Below are positions 49,997 through 60,547 of a DNA stretch of 64,000 nucleotides, in pieces (position 1 is the first letter of the stretch; each line of letters opens with the position of its first letter). The notes below the pieces were generated by a model. It searched no databases. It was not told where the DNA came from and saw only the letters and a list, made by a program, of their open reading frames with translations. The stretch covers positions 33,165 through 97,164 of the forward strand of contig CAZMXN010000003.1 of assembly GCA_964570275.1 (NCBI GenBank). Direction: 5' to 3'. This DNA is from an uncultured Candidatus Saccharibacteria bacterium. GTDB lineage: Bacteria; Patescibacteriota; Saccharimonadia; Saccharimonadales; CAZMXN01. The translations under genes and the position numbers were made by a program.

Positions 49997-50681
49997 CCCC
50001 GGCGCGGGTGAGTTTCTTGGTATTCTGAATAATCACGTCGAGCGCGAGTTGCCGCGGGTGTCCGTAGGTTCAACGACTGAGATTGGCGTGGCGCTGGACG
50101 AAGAGGGCCGAACCGTCGTAGTGGAAAGGGAGCGGTCGATAGGCCGGACGGCTTTGATGCCGACAGATGCCGACGGCCGCTTCAAAATACATCTGGCGCT
50201 GGTCTCTTCCAGCCGGGAACGGGGGCTGATGCGGGCTTATTCGAACATGACTACTTACCGCCAAAAGCGGGCCCGCGGGGGTGTGGAGCCGGAACCCCTG
50301 GTGCCCTGGGGTATCAAGGGTTTAAAATCCTATCTGGCCGAGAACTACCCGATCAGGGCGCTGACGTTTTCCGATTTCAGGCTGGGCAGTTCAAAACACC
50401 TGGACCGGCCGGTCCTGCTTGAGCTCGATCCGTCGGCCGAATCAACAGAAGCTTTCATTGAGGCTCAGACTGTGGTCATGAGCGCTTTGGCTAAACTGTG
50501 TCACCCTAAAAGAGGCGATATGATCAGAGCAAATTCGTTCTGCAGGCTCGGTACTTTAAATGCCAGAAATACGCCCGAAACAACTCTAAAAGCCTTCGAA
50601 AGCAGGATGCGGTTCTGGCTGGCGGACGAACCGCAGACTTGGGCGGTTAGCGAACCGGAGGTTAGGCACCAGGTCAGCTAG
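49956..50681 (+). CDS. Hypothetical protein
   Basis: 241-aa ORF overlapping the previous gene; no recognisable motif. Confidence 0.6.
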   Translation: MATEQIEIFYRVSDPGAGEFLGILNNHVERELPRVSVGSTTEIGVALDEEGRTVVVERERSIGRTALMPTDADGRFKIHLALVSSSRERGLMRAYSNMTTYRQKRARGGVEPEPLVPWGIKGLKSYLAENYPIRALTFSDFRLGSSKHLDRPVLLELDPSAESTEAFIEAQTVVMSALAKLCHPKRGDMIRANSFCRLGTLNARNTPETTLKAFESRMRFWLADEPQTWAVSEPEVRHQVS

Positions 50682-50722
50682 CCGACTGGAATCTTTATCT
50701 GTTTTCGTGTATAATTGTTCGC

Positions 50723-53536
50723 TTGATGAACGAGTTTATTTCCGTTAAAGGTGCCCGGGAACACAACCTGAAAGACATCGACGTGGAGATTCCGCGCGGT
50801 AAATTGGTGGTGATTACCGGGTTGTCCGGGTCCGGTAAATCCAGCCTGGCGTTTGATACGATTTATGCCGAAGGCCAGCGCCGCTATGTCGAGTCGCTCA
50901 GCTCCTATGCCCGGCAGTTCCTGGGGCTGATGGAAAAGCCGGATGTTGATCAGATTGACGGGCTGAGCCCGGCCATCAGCATTGATCAGAAATCGACCAG
51001 TCGAAATCCGCGCAGTACGGTGGCAACTGTGACAGAAATCTATGACTATCTGCGCCTGCTGTTCGCCCGGATCGGCGTGCCGCATTGCCCGGTCTGCGGC
51101 CGGGCGGTTGAGCGGCAGACTACCCAGGCCATCGTCGATCAGGTAGCCGAATACCCGGCGGGCGCCCGGCTGATGATACTGGCGCCGGTTGTTATCGACA
51201 AAAAAGGTGCGTTCGAGCACATCCCGGAGCAGTTTCAGCGGGCCGGCTTCGCCCGGGCCCGGGTCGATGGCGTGGTCTATGCCCTGGATGAGTTCCCGGA
51301 GCTAGATAAAAACTACAAACACTCCATTGAAATTGTCGCCGACCGGCTGGTGAATGACGAAGCCTCCCGCGGCCGGCTGGCCCAGAGTGTCGAGCAGGCG
51401 CTGGATCTGGCCGACGGCAAGCTCAAGGTCTGGAACGCCGACGACGACAGCGAGCGGTCGTTCAGCCTGATGTATGCCTGTATCGATCATCCCGACGTGG
51501 CCATTCCCGAGCTGGAGCCGCGGACATTCAGCTTTAACAGCCCGCACGGCGCCTGCCCGGTGTGTACCGGGCTTGGTTCGCGTCTGGAGGTTGATCCGGA
51601 GCTGGTAATTCCGAACGGCCGGCTGACCATCGCCGAAGGCGCTATCCGGCCTTTCAACCGCTTCAACGCCGACGCCTGGTACACTAAGAAAATGCAGGCC
51701 GTGGCCGAGCGTTACGGCTTCTCGCTGCATGTGCCGACCGGTGAGCTGAAGGATGTTGATCTGGAGCGCATCCTGTACGGTACCGGCAATGAAACGTATC
51801 GGATCAAACTCGGTCCGGGCCGCTCGTTTGCCACCACCTACGAAGGGGTCATTCCCAACCTGGAGCGCCGCCACAAGGAGACCGAGAGCGATTTTATGCG
51901 CCGTGACATCGAGCGGTTTATGCAGGAGCGGCCGTGTCACGCCTGCAAGGGCCGCCGCCTCCGGCCGGAGGTTCTGGCCGTGACAGTCGCCGACCGTTCG
52001 ATCATGGATATTTGCGAACTGTCAATCGACGAAGCCAACAAGCTGTTTGGCAGCATCAAGCTGAGCGAAAAAGAGAGTCAGATCGCCAAACAGATTTTCA
52101 AAGAAATCTGCGCCCGGTTGAAGTTTATGCAGGACGTCGGCTTGAATTATCTGAGCCTGGCCCGCAGCGCCGCCACACTGTCCGGCGGTGAAGCTCAGCG
52201 TATCCGCCTGGCCACGCAGATCGGTTCCGGCCTCCAGGGCGTGCTGTATGTTCTGGACGAGCCGTCGATCGGTTTGCACCAGCGCGACAACGAGCGGCTG
52301 ATCAACACGCTAAAACACCTGCGCGACTTAGGCAATACGGTCATGGTGGTCGAGCACGACGAGGACACCATCCGCACGGCCGATTATCTGCTGGATATCG
52401 GACCCGGTGCCGGCGTGCACGGCGGCGAGATCGTTGCCCGGGGCACTCCGGAAGAGGTCGCCAGGGTTGAAGACAGTATCACCGGCCAGTTCCTGCGCGG
52501 CCGGCGTCAAATTGCCGTCCCGAAAAAGCGCCGTTCCGGCAACGGCAAATCGCTGCTCATAAAAGGCGCCCGCGAAAATAACCTTCAGAGCATTGACGTT
52601 GAAATACCGCTGGGCAAAATGGTGGTGGTCAGCGGCGTGTCCGGATCCGGCAAGTCCAGTTTGATCAACGATATTCTGGCCAAAGAGCTGTCGGCCCGGC
52701 TGATGCGCGCCAACATGGTGCCCGGCCGGCATGACGACATCGAAGGCATCGACAATCTTGACAAGGCGATAATCATTGACCAGTCACCGATCGGCCGGAC
52801 GCCGCGGTCCAACCCGGCGACTTACACCGGCCTGTTCACGCCGATCCGCGAACTTTTCGCCAGCATGCCGGAAGCCAAGCTGCGCGGTTATTCGGCCGGC
52901 CGGTTCAGTTTCAACGTCCGCGGCGGCCGCTGTGAAAACTGCGCCGGCGACGGTATTATCAAAATCGAGATGCACTTTCTGCCGGACGTTTACGTGCCGT
53001 GCGAAGTCTGTCACGGCAAGCGCTATAACCGCGAAGCGCTGGAAATCCACTACAAAGGCAGGACCATCAGCGACGTGCTGGCAATGACCTGTGAAAGCGC
53101 GCTGGAGTTCTTCGGCAATATCCCGGCCATCGCCCGCAAGCTGCAAACCCTGGTTGACGTTGGTCTGGGCTATATCACCCTGGGACAGCCGGCAACCACG
53201 CTGTCTGGCGGTGAAGCCCAGCGCATCAAGCTGGCTACCGAACTGTCGCGGCGCTCGACCGGCCGGACATTGTACATCCTGGACGAGCCGACGACCGGTC
53301 TGCACATTGCCGACGTCGATAAGCTGCTCGGCGTGCTGCACGCCCTGGTCGACACCGGCAACAGCATGGTGATTATTGAGCACAATCTGGACGTTATAAA
53401 ATCGGCCGACCATGTGATTGACATGGGTCCGGAGGGCGGCAGCGGTGGCGGCAAAGTCATCGCTACCGGTTCGCCGGAGCAAATCGCTAAAAACGCCAAC
53501 TCCTACACCGGCCGGTTCTTAAAGAAAATCATCTAA
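50723..53536 (+). CDS. uvrA: Excinuclease ABC subunit A
   Basis: GAREHNLK, two Walker A motifs ([16 protein letters not shown]), two LSGGEAQR, zinc fingers. Confidence 0.98.
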   Translation: MMNEFISVKGAREHNLKDIDVEIPRGKLVVITGLSGSGKSSLAFDTIYAEGQRRYVESLSSYARQFLGLMEKPDVDQIDGLSPAISIDQKSTSRNPRSTVATVTEIYDYLRLLFARIGVPHCPVCGRAVERQTTQAIVDQVAEYPAGARLMILAPVVIDKKGAFEHIPEQFQRAGFARARVDGVVYALDEFPELDKNYKHSIEIVADRLVNDEASRGRLAQSVEQALDLADGKLKVWNADDDSERSFSLMYACIDHPDVAIPELEPRTFSFNSPHGACPVCTGLGSRLEVDPELVIPNGRLTIAEGAIRPFNRFNADAWYTKKMQAVAERYGFSLHVPTGELKDVDLERILYGTGNETYRIKLGPGRSFATTYEGVIPNLERRHKETESDFMRRDIERFMQERPCHACKGRRLRPEVLAVTVADRSIMDICELSIDEANKLFGSIKLSEKESQIAKQIFKEICARLKFMQDVGLNYLSLARSAATLSGGEAQRIRLATQIGSGLQGVLYVLDEPSIGLHQRDNERLINTLKHLRDLGNTVMVVEHDEDTIRTADYLLDIGPGAGVHGGEIVARGTPEEVARVEDSITGQFLRGRRQIAVPKKRRSGNGKSLLIKGARENNLQSIDVEIPLGKMVVVSGVSGSGKSSLINDILAKELSARLMRANMVPGRHDDIEGIDNLDKAIIIDQSPIGRTPRSNPATYTGLFTPIRELFASMPEAKLRGYSAGRFSFNVRGGRCENCAGDGIIKIEMHFLPDVYVPCEVCHGKRYNREALEIHYKGRTISDVLAMTCESALEFFGNIPAIARKLQTLVDVGLGYITLGQPATTLSGGEAQRIKLATELSRRSTGRTLYILDEPTTGLHIADVDKLLGVLHALVDTGNSMVIIEHNLDVIKSADHVIDMGPEGGSGGGKVIATGSPEQIAKNANSYTGRFLKKII

Positions 53537-53538
53537 TC

Positions 53539-53775
53539 ATGAAATCACCGGAGGCGGCCGACAACCGGGCACTGGTCAGCGTTTTGCTGGCCGAGGCTGA
53601 GAACCTGGCCGGCATTGTCATTAGTGGTGAAGAGCCCTGCTATCCGGAGCCGGACCAATGGGACTACGCCGACATGCTGGAGGTCTGCCTGAGCGAGGTG
53701 AGTCAGCTGATCGGACCGGTTGCCACGGCCGAGTTCTGGGACCGGCTGGTTGATAAACTGGAGCCTAAAAGCTAA
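53539..53775 (+). CDS. Small hypothetical protein
   Basis: 78-aa acidic ORF starting 2 nt after the uvrA stop. Confidence 0.5.
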   Translation: MKSPEAADNRALVSVLLAEAENLAGIVISGEEPCYPEPDQWDYADMLEVCLSEVSQLIGPVATAEFWDRLVDKLEPKS

Positions 53776-54425
53776 TCCACCCGTTTGTTGAGGAAGACGT
53801 TTCTCAGCCCGAAGCGCAGCTTTTTCAGCAGAATCCGCCGGTTGTCTGCGTCGCGCAGGATGTGCGCTGTCGAGCCGACGATGCTGAGCAGTACGATACC
53901 TAAGATGACCGGCGTGATATATTCTTCGACCCACGGAACTTTGCTGCCGAACCAATAACCGGCCAGCGTGACGCCGCCGCCCCACAGGAAGCCGCCGAAA
54001 ACATTGAAGAACATGAACCGGCCGCGGGGCATTTTGCCGATGCCGGCGACCATTGGTGCGAAGGTGCGGACGATGGGTATGAACCGGGCCAGGATGATGG
54101 TTTTACCGCCATGGGCTTTATAAAAACTCTCGGCTTTTTCGATGTGCTCGTGCTTGAACAGGATACTGTCCTTGCGGCGGAAAATCCGCGGGCCGGCTCT
54201 ACGGCCGATACTGTAGCCGACGTTGTCGCCGACAATCGCCGCCGTAATGACGATAAACAGCAGCCAGCCAAGCGGCAGCGTGCCTTGCGAGGCCAGGATG
54301 CCGGCACCGAATAGCAGCGTGTCGCCCGGCAAAAAGAACCCGATCAGCAGGCCGGATTCGGCGAAGACCGTAGCGCCGATGGCAATGAGACCGCCGCCTA
54401 AGATCGCTTTGTCGATGCTTATCAT
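53772..54425 (-). CDS. DedA/VTT family membrane protein
   Basis: FAESGLLIGFFLPGDTLL, GDNVGY, ARFIPIVRTF; start at ATG 54425, 8 nt after TAAGAT. Confidence 0.93.
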   Translation of the reverse strand: MISIDKAILGGGLIAIGATVFAESGLLIGFFLPGDTLLFGAGILASQGTLPLGWLLFIVITAAIVGDNVGYSIGRRAGPRIFRRKDSILFKHEHIEKAESFYKAHGGKTIILARFIPIVRTFAPMVAGIGKMPRGRFMFFNVFGGFLWGGGVTLAGYWFGSKVPWVEEYITPVILGIVLLSIVGSTAHILRDADNRRILLKKLRFGLRNVFLNKRVD

Positions 54426-54522
54426 GCCGCTTAATCTTACCGCGGCACTACGCTTCAAGTCCAGCTTCCCCGGAAAACATGGTACAATATGGGTCTATAA
54501 ACGACATTTGGAGGTATTGCTT

Positions 54523-55218
54523 GTGAGTAACGATTCGGTTGTGGTGGCCTTAAAGGAGCGCGATGTTTTGGGTAAAGCGGTGCGCGGCTTGCGCCGTCAG
54601 GGCGTGGTTCCGGCCGTCATTCATGACCACGGCAAGCCGTCGATTCACGTCATGGCGCCTTACTCGGAGCTGATTAAAGCTTACGAAGCGGCCGGCAAAC
54701 ACCAGCCGGTTGAGCTGAAGGTCGGCAATAAAAAGCACCTGGCTATGATCAAGGACGTCGACTTTGAGCCGACCAAACGCCAGCTGCGCCATGTCGTTTT
54801 TAACGCCATCAACCAAGATGAGAAAGTGGAAACCGATATCGCCATCGTGCTGGCAGAAGCCGAGATCCCGGCTGAAAAGGCCGGCCTGATGGTGCTGACC
54901 CAGCTCACCGAAGTGGCCGTGGAGGCCCTGCCGAATGATTTGCCGGAAGAATTCGTGGTCGATCCCAGCGGCCTGACGGAAGTCGGCGACAAGCTGACCG
55001 TGGCCGATTTAAAGGTGCCCGAGGGCGTGACGGTACTGACCGAACCGGAACAGACCATTGCTTATGTGGAGATGCCGAAAGACCAGATAGCCGAAGCTGA
55101 CGCTGCCGCCGCCGACCTGGCGGCCGATGCGGCCAAGGACGGCGTGGACGTCGAGGCGACAGAAGAAAAGCAGCCATCAGCCGAAGACGAAGCGACCGAA
55201 GCGAAGGAAGAAGAGTAG
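54523..55218 (+). CDS. rplY: 50S ribosomal protein L25 (CTC form)
   Basis: GKAVRGLRRQGVVPAVI, HVVF, ALPNDLPE, VGD.LTVADL, acidic tail; SD GGAGG at 54510-54514 before the GTG. Confidence 0.92.
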   Translation: MSNDSVVVALKERDVLGKAVRGLRRQGVVPAVIHDHGKPSIHVMAPYSELIKAYEAAGKHQPVELKVGNKKHLAMIKDVDFEPTKRQLRHVVFNAINQDEKVETDIAIVLAEAEIPAEKAGLMVLTQLTEVAVEALPNDLPEEFVVDPSGLTEVGDKLTVADLKVPEGVTVLTEPEQTIAYVEMPKDQIAEADAAAADLAADAAKDGVDVEATEEKQPSAEDEATEAKEEE

Positions 55219-55279
55219 GCACTCCTGCTGGAGATTTTTGTGGCTGCTCCTTGCGCCTTGTCCGGAGCGTGCCAGCTGC

Positions 55280-57064
55280 CTATTCTTCCAAAAATCCGCC
55301 GGATTGGCGTTGCCAGAGTTTGGCGTAAACGCCGCCGGCCCGGGTTAGTTCGCGGTGGCTGCCCTGTTCGACGATTTTGCCATTGTCCATAACCAGGATG
55401 CGGTCCATTTTCTGGATGGTGCTAAGCCGATGGGCGATGACGATAGCGGTGCGGCCTTCCATTAACTTCCAAAGCGCATCCTGAATCAAGGTTTCACTTT
55501 CTGAATCAAGCGCGCTGGTCGCTTCATCGAGCACCAGAATCGGCGCATTCTTGAGCATGGCCCGGGCGATGGCGACACGCTGACGCTGGCCGCCGGACAG
55601 TTTGATCCCGCGCTCGCCGACAATCGTATCGTAGCCATCGGGCAAGCCCTCAATAAACTCGGCGGCGTTGGCCTGACGGGCGACGGCCCGGACTTCCCGG
55701 TCAGTCGCGTCAACGATGCTGTAGCCGATGTTTTCGGCAATTGAGCGATGAAACAGCAACGGCTCCTGTGGTACGTAAGCAATAGAGCTTCTTAAGTCAC
55801 TCTGTGCCAGCGAGGCGATATTCTGGCCGTCAATCAGGATGGCGCCGCTGTCCAGATCGGAGAAACGCAGCAGCAAACGGGTCAGCGTGGTTTTGCCGGA
55901 GCCGGAGTGCCCGACCAGACCGACTTTCTCACCGGGTTTGATGCGCAGATCCAGGTTCTTAAAAATTGCTTCGGTGGCGTCTTTGTGCTTGAAGCTGACG
56001 CCTGCAAAACGAATGTCGCCGCGGCTGATTCTGAGCGCCTCGGGTCTGGCCGGATCCTTAATTTCAATCGGCTGGCTGAGTATTCTTACCATATCATTGG
56101 CGTCGCCAATGGCGCGGTTATAGCCGCGCAAAGCCTGGTTGCTGAAATTAAACAGCTGGTTGACGATGACTGCCGTGTAGTTGAATATCAGGAAAACCGT
56201 AGCCAGATTGGCACCAAAACTCACCACACTGATAACCGCGAGCGCCAGCGATGCGGCCGAGATGGTACCGCTGGCGCCGCTGAAATACAGCATTTGCTTC
56301 TGGTGGGCGCGCATGACTTTCTTAAGTTCGTGGTGGGTCCGGCTGGTGACAGCGCGGAACGCCTGTCTTTCGCGGGCTTCGGCGGCGAAGCTCTTAATGG
56401 TCATGGCGTTAGTTATGGCGTCAGCCAGGTAGCCGGTCTGGGCACTCTCGATGGCAGCGTGCCGGCTGCCGGCTTGCCGCACCGGTGCCGAGGCCTTGAA
56501 CGAAACGTAGACATAGGCGATTGACAAAACAATCAGCCCGACTACGAACCAGGGCGCCCGCGGCCACAAAATTACCGAAGTAATAACTATGCCCAAAACC
56601 AGAGGAACTGTGCCGAAGAAAGTGATATCGGCAATGCGCACGTAAGAGCTGAGCAGCTTGGTGGTTTGTGAAACCAGCGAGCCGGAAAAATTATCGGCAA
56701 AGAAGTCAGCGCCGCGGCTCATTAAGTGGTTAAAGACTTTACGGGCCAGGTCGCGCTGGACCCGGCCTTCAAGCGTCCAGACGAAAACATCAACCAGCCG
56801 CCAGAAAACCAGCCCGCCGGTAAGGGTCAGCGCGGCGTAGACAATAATTTCCGGACCGAAGCTCTGCCAGGGTTCGCCGGGCACATAATCACCGGCGCTC
56901 AGGCGCTCCAGAACTCTGGCCAACACCAAAGGGGGCAGGAAAGTGTTAACCAGCACGGTCAGCGGCAAAACCAGGAATGCCCCGATCAGAGGAATCGGGT
57001 AGGCTTTGGCCTGTCGCCAGTAAAAGGCGAAGATCTGCTTGGCGTTTTGCGGTTTGGTCTTCAT
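55280..57064 (-). CDS. ABC exporter, fused permease/ATPase
   Basis: TM domain plus GHSGSGKT, LSGGQRQR, LDEATSALD, AHRLST. Confidence 0.95.
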   Translation of the reverse strand: MKTKPQNAKQIFAFYWRQAKAYPIPLIGAFLVLPLTVLVNTFLPPLVLARVLERLSAGDYVPGEPWQSFGPEIIVYAALTLTGGLVFWRLVDVFVWTLEGRVQRDLARKVFNHLMSRGADFFADNFSGSLVSQTTKLLSSYVRIADITFFGTVPLVLGIVITSVILWPRAPWFVVGLIVLSIAYVYVSFKASAPVRQAGSRHAAIESAQTGYLADAITNAMTIKSFAAEARERQAFRAVTSRTHHELKKVMRAHQKQMLYFSGASGTISAASLALAVISVVSFGANLATVFLIFNYTAVIVNQLFNFSNQALRGYNRAIGDANDMVRILSQPIEIKDPARPEALRISRGDIRFAGVSFKHKDATEAIFKNLDLRIKPGEKVGLVGHSGSGKTTLTRLLLRFSDLDSGAILIDGQNIASLAQSDLRSSIAYVPQEPLLFHRSIAENIGYSIVDATDREVRAVARQANAAEFIEGLPDGYDTIVGERGIKLSGGQRQRVAIARAMLKNAPILVLDEATSALDSESETLIQDALWKLMEGRTAIVIAHRLSTIQKMDRILVMDNGKIVEQGSHRELTRAGGVYAKLWQRQSGGFLEE

Positions 57065-57135
57065 TAGGACAGCGGTCTCCGTTGGCCGCGTTCGATCGGG
57101 TTATTAATTATTTTTTAGGGTGTTGGTTTTACTGG

Positions 57136-57192
57136 CTAACGAGCTGTCGGGTAATAGCCAGCCATACCTTTTAGCGAGGTGATCTCTCTCAT
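57136..57192 (-). other. Putative upstream ORF MREITSLKGMAGYYPTAR in the ABC exporter leader
   Basis: Purine-rich AAGGGAAAGG upstream; CTGGCTA...TAGCCAG hairpin spans the stop codon. Confidence 0.35.
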
Positions 57193-57282
57193 TTTTGCCG
57201 GCCTTTCCCTTAGATTTGTGATAATTGCAACAATTATATCACTGTTGTCAAACGCTGACCAGTTTCTGTTAGAATATAGTCG

Positions 57283-58176
57283 ATGCAAAAAATTATCCTG
57301 TATTACAAGTTTGTGCCGGTGAAGGACCCGGAGATGACCAGACTCTGGCAATTGGAGCTTTGTAAAAATCTTGGCTTAAAGGGCCGGATTATTGTTAGTC
57401 GGCACGGCATTAACGGTACGCTTGGCGGACCGCTTAAAGCCCTGCGCGCTTACAAAAGCGCCATGAACCAGACCGCCGTGTTCAAAGGTATAAATTATAA
57501 GTGGAGCGACGGCGGCGCGGACGATTTTCCCAAACTAAGTGTCAAGGTCCGGCCGGAAATCGTCACCTTTAAGGCGGCTGATGAGCTGCAGGTTGACGAG
57601 ACCGGCGTGGTAGGCGGCGGCAAGCATCTGAAGCCCGAGGAAGTCCACCGCCTGCTTAAGGAGCGCGGCGATGAAGTGGTCTTTTTTGACGGACGGAACA
57701 AGTATGAGGCCGAGATCGGCAAGTTCAAGGACGCTGTCGTGCCGGACATTGAAACGTCACGGGATTTTATAGAAGAAATTGAAGACCCGAAATATGATGC
57801 CATCAAGGACAAGCCGATCGTCACCTACTGCACCGGCGGTATTCGCTGCGAAATCCTCAGCGCGCTCATGATAAAGCGCGGTTTCAAGGAGGTTTATCAG
57901 ATCGACGGCGGCATTGTAAAGTACGGCGAAAAATTCGGTGACGACGGGATGTGGGAAGGCAAGCTGCACGTCTTTGACGGCCGGATGAAAGTGCAGTTCA
58001 GCGACCAGGCCCGGGACATCGGCCGCTGTACCCACTGCGAAGGTTCAACCAGTAATTACTTAAATTGCGCCAACGCGCAGTGCAATAAGCTGGTGCTGGT
58101 TTGTGAGAGTTGTGCCGGGCGCGATTTCTGCCAGGCCTGCGTGACTGCCCGACCGGCCGCTTCCGCTGCCGCCTAA
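57283..58176 (+). CDS. trhO: Rhodanese-domain protein, TrhO/YceA (UPF0176) family
   Basis: LYYKF, GRII...GINGT, DGRN.YE..IG.F, YCTGGIRCE, GGIVKY, VFDGR, C-terminal Cys cluster. Confidence 0.9.
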   Translation: MQKIILYYKFVPVKDPEMTRLWQLELCKNLGLKGRIIVSRHGINGTLGGPLKALRAYKSAMNQTAVFKGINYKWSDGGADDFPKLSVKVRPEIVTFKAADELQVDETGVVGGGKHLKPEEVHRLLKERGDEVVFFDGRNKYEAEIGKFKDAVVPDIETSRDFIEEIEDPKYDAIKDKPIVTYCTGGIRCEILSALMIKRGFKEVYQIDGGIVKYGEKFGDDGMWEGKLHVFDGRMKVQFSDQARDIGRCTHCEGSTSNYLNCANAQCNKLVLVCESCAGRDFCQACVTARPAASAAA

Positions 58177-58274
58177 GCGTGGGGGGCGCGACCAGCACGG
58201 TTTGTGGCGCCCGCTGCTTATGCCTGCGGCCGGTGTTCTTCCACTTAGCCGACAGTACAGATACAATTAGGGGT

Positions 58275-58817
58275 ATGAAGAAACTGAAACGCGCGGCTGA
58301 CACGCCCGACTATGTGCCGGACTACATGGCGAAGTCCCTGCTCGACGTGGATTTTGAAGCGCTTCGGGCGGCCGGGATCAAGTACGTGGCTTTTGACGCC
58401 GACTCTACGCTGGTGCACTTTCGCGGCCGGGTGTTGTCGGCTGAAACGAAGCTGTTTTTAAGGTCAAAACGCGGGCTTTTCTCGGGCTGGTGTATAGCCA
58501 GCAACCGGCTGACCAACGATCTGGTGCCGCTGGCCGAGAGCATGGACGCCCAGGTTATCCGGGCCAGTTTGTGGACGCGCAAACCGGGCCGCCGGTTTTT
58601 CGCGAAAGTCCTACAGTACCTCGGCGGCAAGCCGGCCGAAACAGCTATGATTGGCGACAAGCTGATTGCCGATATGTGGGGCGGCAAGCGGGCCGGCCTG
58701 GTGACGGTCTGGGTCGAAAAGATCGGACCGGACAGCCCGTGGGACAGATTGCTGGGGGTTAGGCGGCGCGAGAAGCGGCTGATGAGACGGCACGCTTTAG
58801 GCGAGGAGCAGGTATGA
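58275..58817 (+). CDS. YqeG-like HAD IIIA phosphatase
   Basis: FDADSTLV, ASN, KP, IGDKLIADMWGG; start at ATG 58275. Confidence 0.88.
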   Translation: MKKLKRAADTPDYVPDYMAKSLLDVDFEALRAAGIKYVAFDADSTLVHFRGRVLSAETKLFLRSKRGLFSGWCIASNRLTNDLVPLAESMDAQVIRASLWTRKPGRRFFAKVLQYLGGKPAETAMIGDKLIADMWGGKRAGLVTVWVEKIGPDSPWDRLLGVRRREKRLMRRHALGEEQV

Positions 58818-60514
58818 ACAGCCGGCTAAAAGCCAAGCTGGACGATCTGCCCAAAGCTCCGGGCGTTTATTTTCACAAAAACGCTAAAGGCGAGATCATT
58901 TATGTCGGCAAGGCCGCGGTGCTCCGTAACCGGGTCAGGCAATACTTTCAGCAGTCGCGGACGCGCGATCCGAAAACCGAAGCCTTAGTGAGCGAAATTG
59001 CCGACACTGACTGGATGGTGGTCGACAGCGAAATCGAAGCCCTGTTTTTAGAGGCCGAAATGATCCGCCGCTACATGCCGCGTTACAACATCCTGCTGCG
59101 TGATGACAAATCAATGACCTACATCCGGATTGATTACGACAGCGATTTCCCGACGGTCACGACTACCCGCCGCCCGCTGGATGATGGCGCCCGCTATTTC
59201 GGCCCGTACTTAAGCGCCCGCAGCGTTCGACAGGCCTTAAGGTTGCTGCGGCGAATTTTCCCGTTCTCGACCCGGCGTACGCCCGGCCAGAAACGGGCCA
59301 CCCTGCACTATCACCTCGGTCTGGACCCGGGTCTGGAAGAGGGCAAAACCAGCCTGGAAGACTACCGGGCCAACTTGCGCAAGCTCATGTCCATCATTGA
59401 AGGCAAGCGAAAAACCATCGAGAAAGATCTGGAGCGCGACATGAAGCGTTTAGCTAAAAACGCCCGGTTCGAGGAGGCGGCCCGGGCCCGCAACCAGCTT
59501 TTTGCCCTCCGCCGGCTCGATAATCAGGTGATCTTCAGCGACAAGGAGTTTCAGGACATCAGCAAGGACCATGCCCTAAATGAACTGGCCGAACTGCTGG
59601 GGCTTTATGAGGAAACGGCGGACAAACCCAGGCGGCGGCTGCTAAGACGGATCGAAGGCTACGATATCAGCCATATGCAGGGAACCGACGTCGTGGCCAG
59701 CATGGTGGTGTTTACCAACGGCGTCAGCAACAAGGGCGAGTACCGCAAATTCAAAACCAAAATCAACAAAAACGACGATTTCTATAACATGCACGAAACG
59801 ATTACGCGCCGGCTCAGCGACCGCAACCGGCAAAAGTGGGGCCTGCCGGACCTAGTGCTGATTGACGGCGGCAAGGGTCAGCTCGACGCGGCAATCCGGG
59901 CGCGTGATGAGGCCGGTCTGACGACGATTCCGTTTATCGGGCTGGCCAAGCGGGAAGAACAGGTGGTGATACGGAAGGGGACAGGTAGCAGACAACAGAT
60001 AACAGATAACAAGGAACAGACAACAGGTAACAGGCAACAAATAACAGATAACAGGGAGCAAAGAGCCATCAGCCAGGTTCCAAGTACTAAGATCCAAGAT
60101 CCAAGAACTAATAACCAGGAACTAAGCACTAACAAGCCGGGCAGCAGCGTCCAGCTTGATTTGGAGGTCTTGCGCCGGCTGGGCGGCTTCGCCCAGGAAA
60201 CGGGCGATTTTATCCTCTTGAATCTGCCTAAGTCGACCAACCTGGTCAAGTTATTGCAGCGCATCCGCGACGAATCGCATCGTTTCGCCGTCAGCTATCA
60301 CTCGGTCCTAAAAGCCAGGCGCCAGACTGCCAGCCTGCTGGATGAGGTGCCGACGATCGGGCCGGCCACCAAGAAGAAACTGCTTAAAACGTTCGGTTCG
60401 GTTAAGGGCGTGATCCAGGCCCGTGACTGGGAGCTGGAGAAAACCATCGGTGCCAAGAAAGCAGTCATTCTGCGCCAGTACCTGCGGGCTTATAAAAAGC
60501 GTACCGACGGCTAG
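58814..60514 (+). CDS. uvrC: Excinuclease ABC subunit C with a repeat-derived insertion
   Basis: PGVY...IYVGKA..LRNRV, PRYNILLRDDK, IEGYDISH, LIDGGKGQ, GLAKRE, RDESHRFA, HhH. Confidence 0.96.
   Translation: MNSRLKAKLDDLPKAPGVYFHKNAKGEIIYVGKAAVLRNRVRQYFQQSRTRDPKTEALVSEIADTDWMVVDSEIEALFLEAEMIRRYMPRYNILLRDDKSMTYIRIDYDSDFPTVTTTRRPLDDGARYFGPYLSARSVRQALRLLRRIFPFSTRRTPGQKRATLHYHLGLDPGLEEGKTSLEDYRANLRKLMSIIEGKRKTIEKDLERDMKRLAKNARFEEAARARNQLFALRRLDNQVIFSDKEFQDISKDHALNELAELLGLYEETADKPRRRLLRRIEGYDISHMQGTDVVASMVVFTNGVSNKGEYRKFKTKINKNDDFYNMHETITRRLSDRNRQKWGLPDLVLIDGGKGQLDAAIRARDEAGLTTIPFIGLAKREEQVVIRKGTGSRQQITDNKEQTTGNRQQITDNREQRAISQVPSTKIQDPRTNNQELSTNKPGSSVQLDLEVLRRLGGFAQETGDFILLNLPKSTNLVKLLQRIRDESHRFAVSYHSVLKARRQTASLLDEVPTIGPATKKKLLKTFGSVKGVIQARDWELEKTIGAKKAVILRQYLRAYKKRTDG
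59981..60134 (+). repeat. 22 degenerate heptamers (acagata/tccaaga type) inside uvrC
   Basis: acaggta gcagaca acagata acagata acaagga acagaca acaggta acaggca ... tccaaga tccaaga actaata accagga actaagc actaaca. Confidence 0.9.
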
Positions 60515-60547
60515 ATCGTTCAATCGGCTGCTATACTAAACGCCAGC

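Noticed and set aside
50690-50722. LexA/SOS box upstream of uvrA
   Set aside because: Only a GTTC half-site; no GAAC-N4-GTTC or CTGT-N8-ACAG palindrome
54223-54522. N-terminal extension of L25
   Set aside because: Antisense to dedA; the SD and GTG at 54523 mark the likely start
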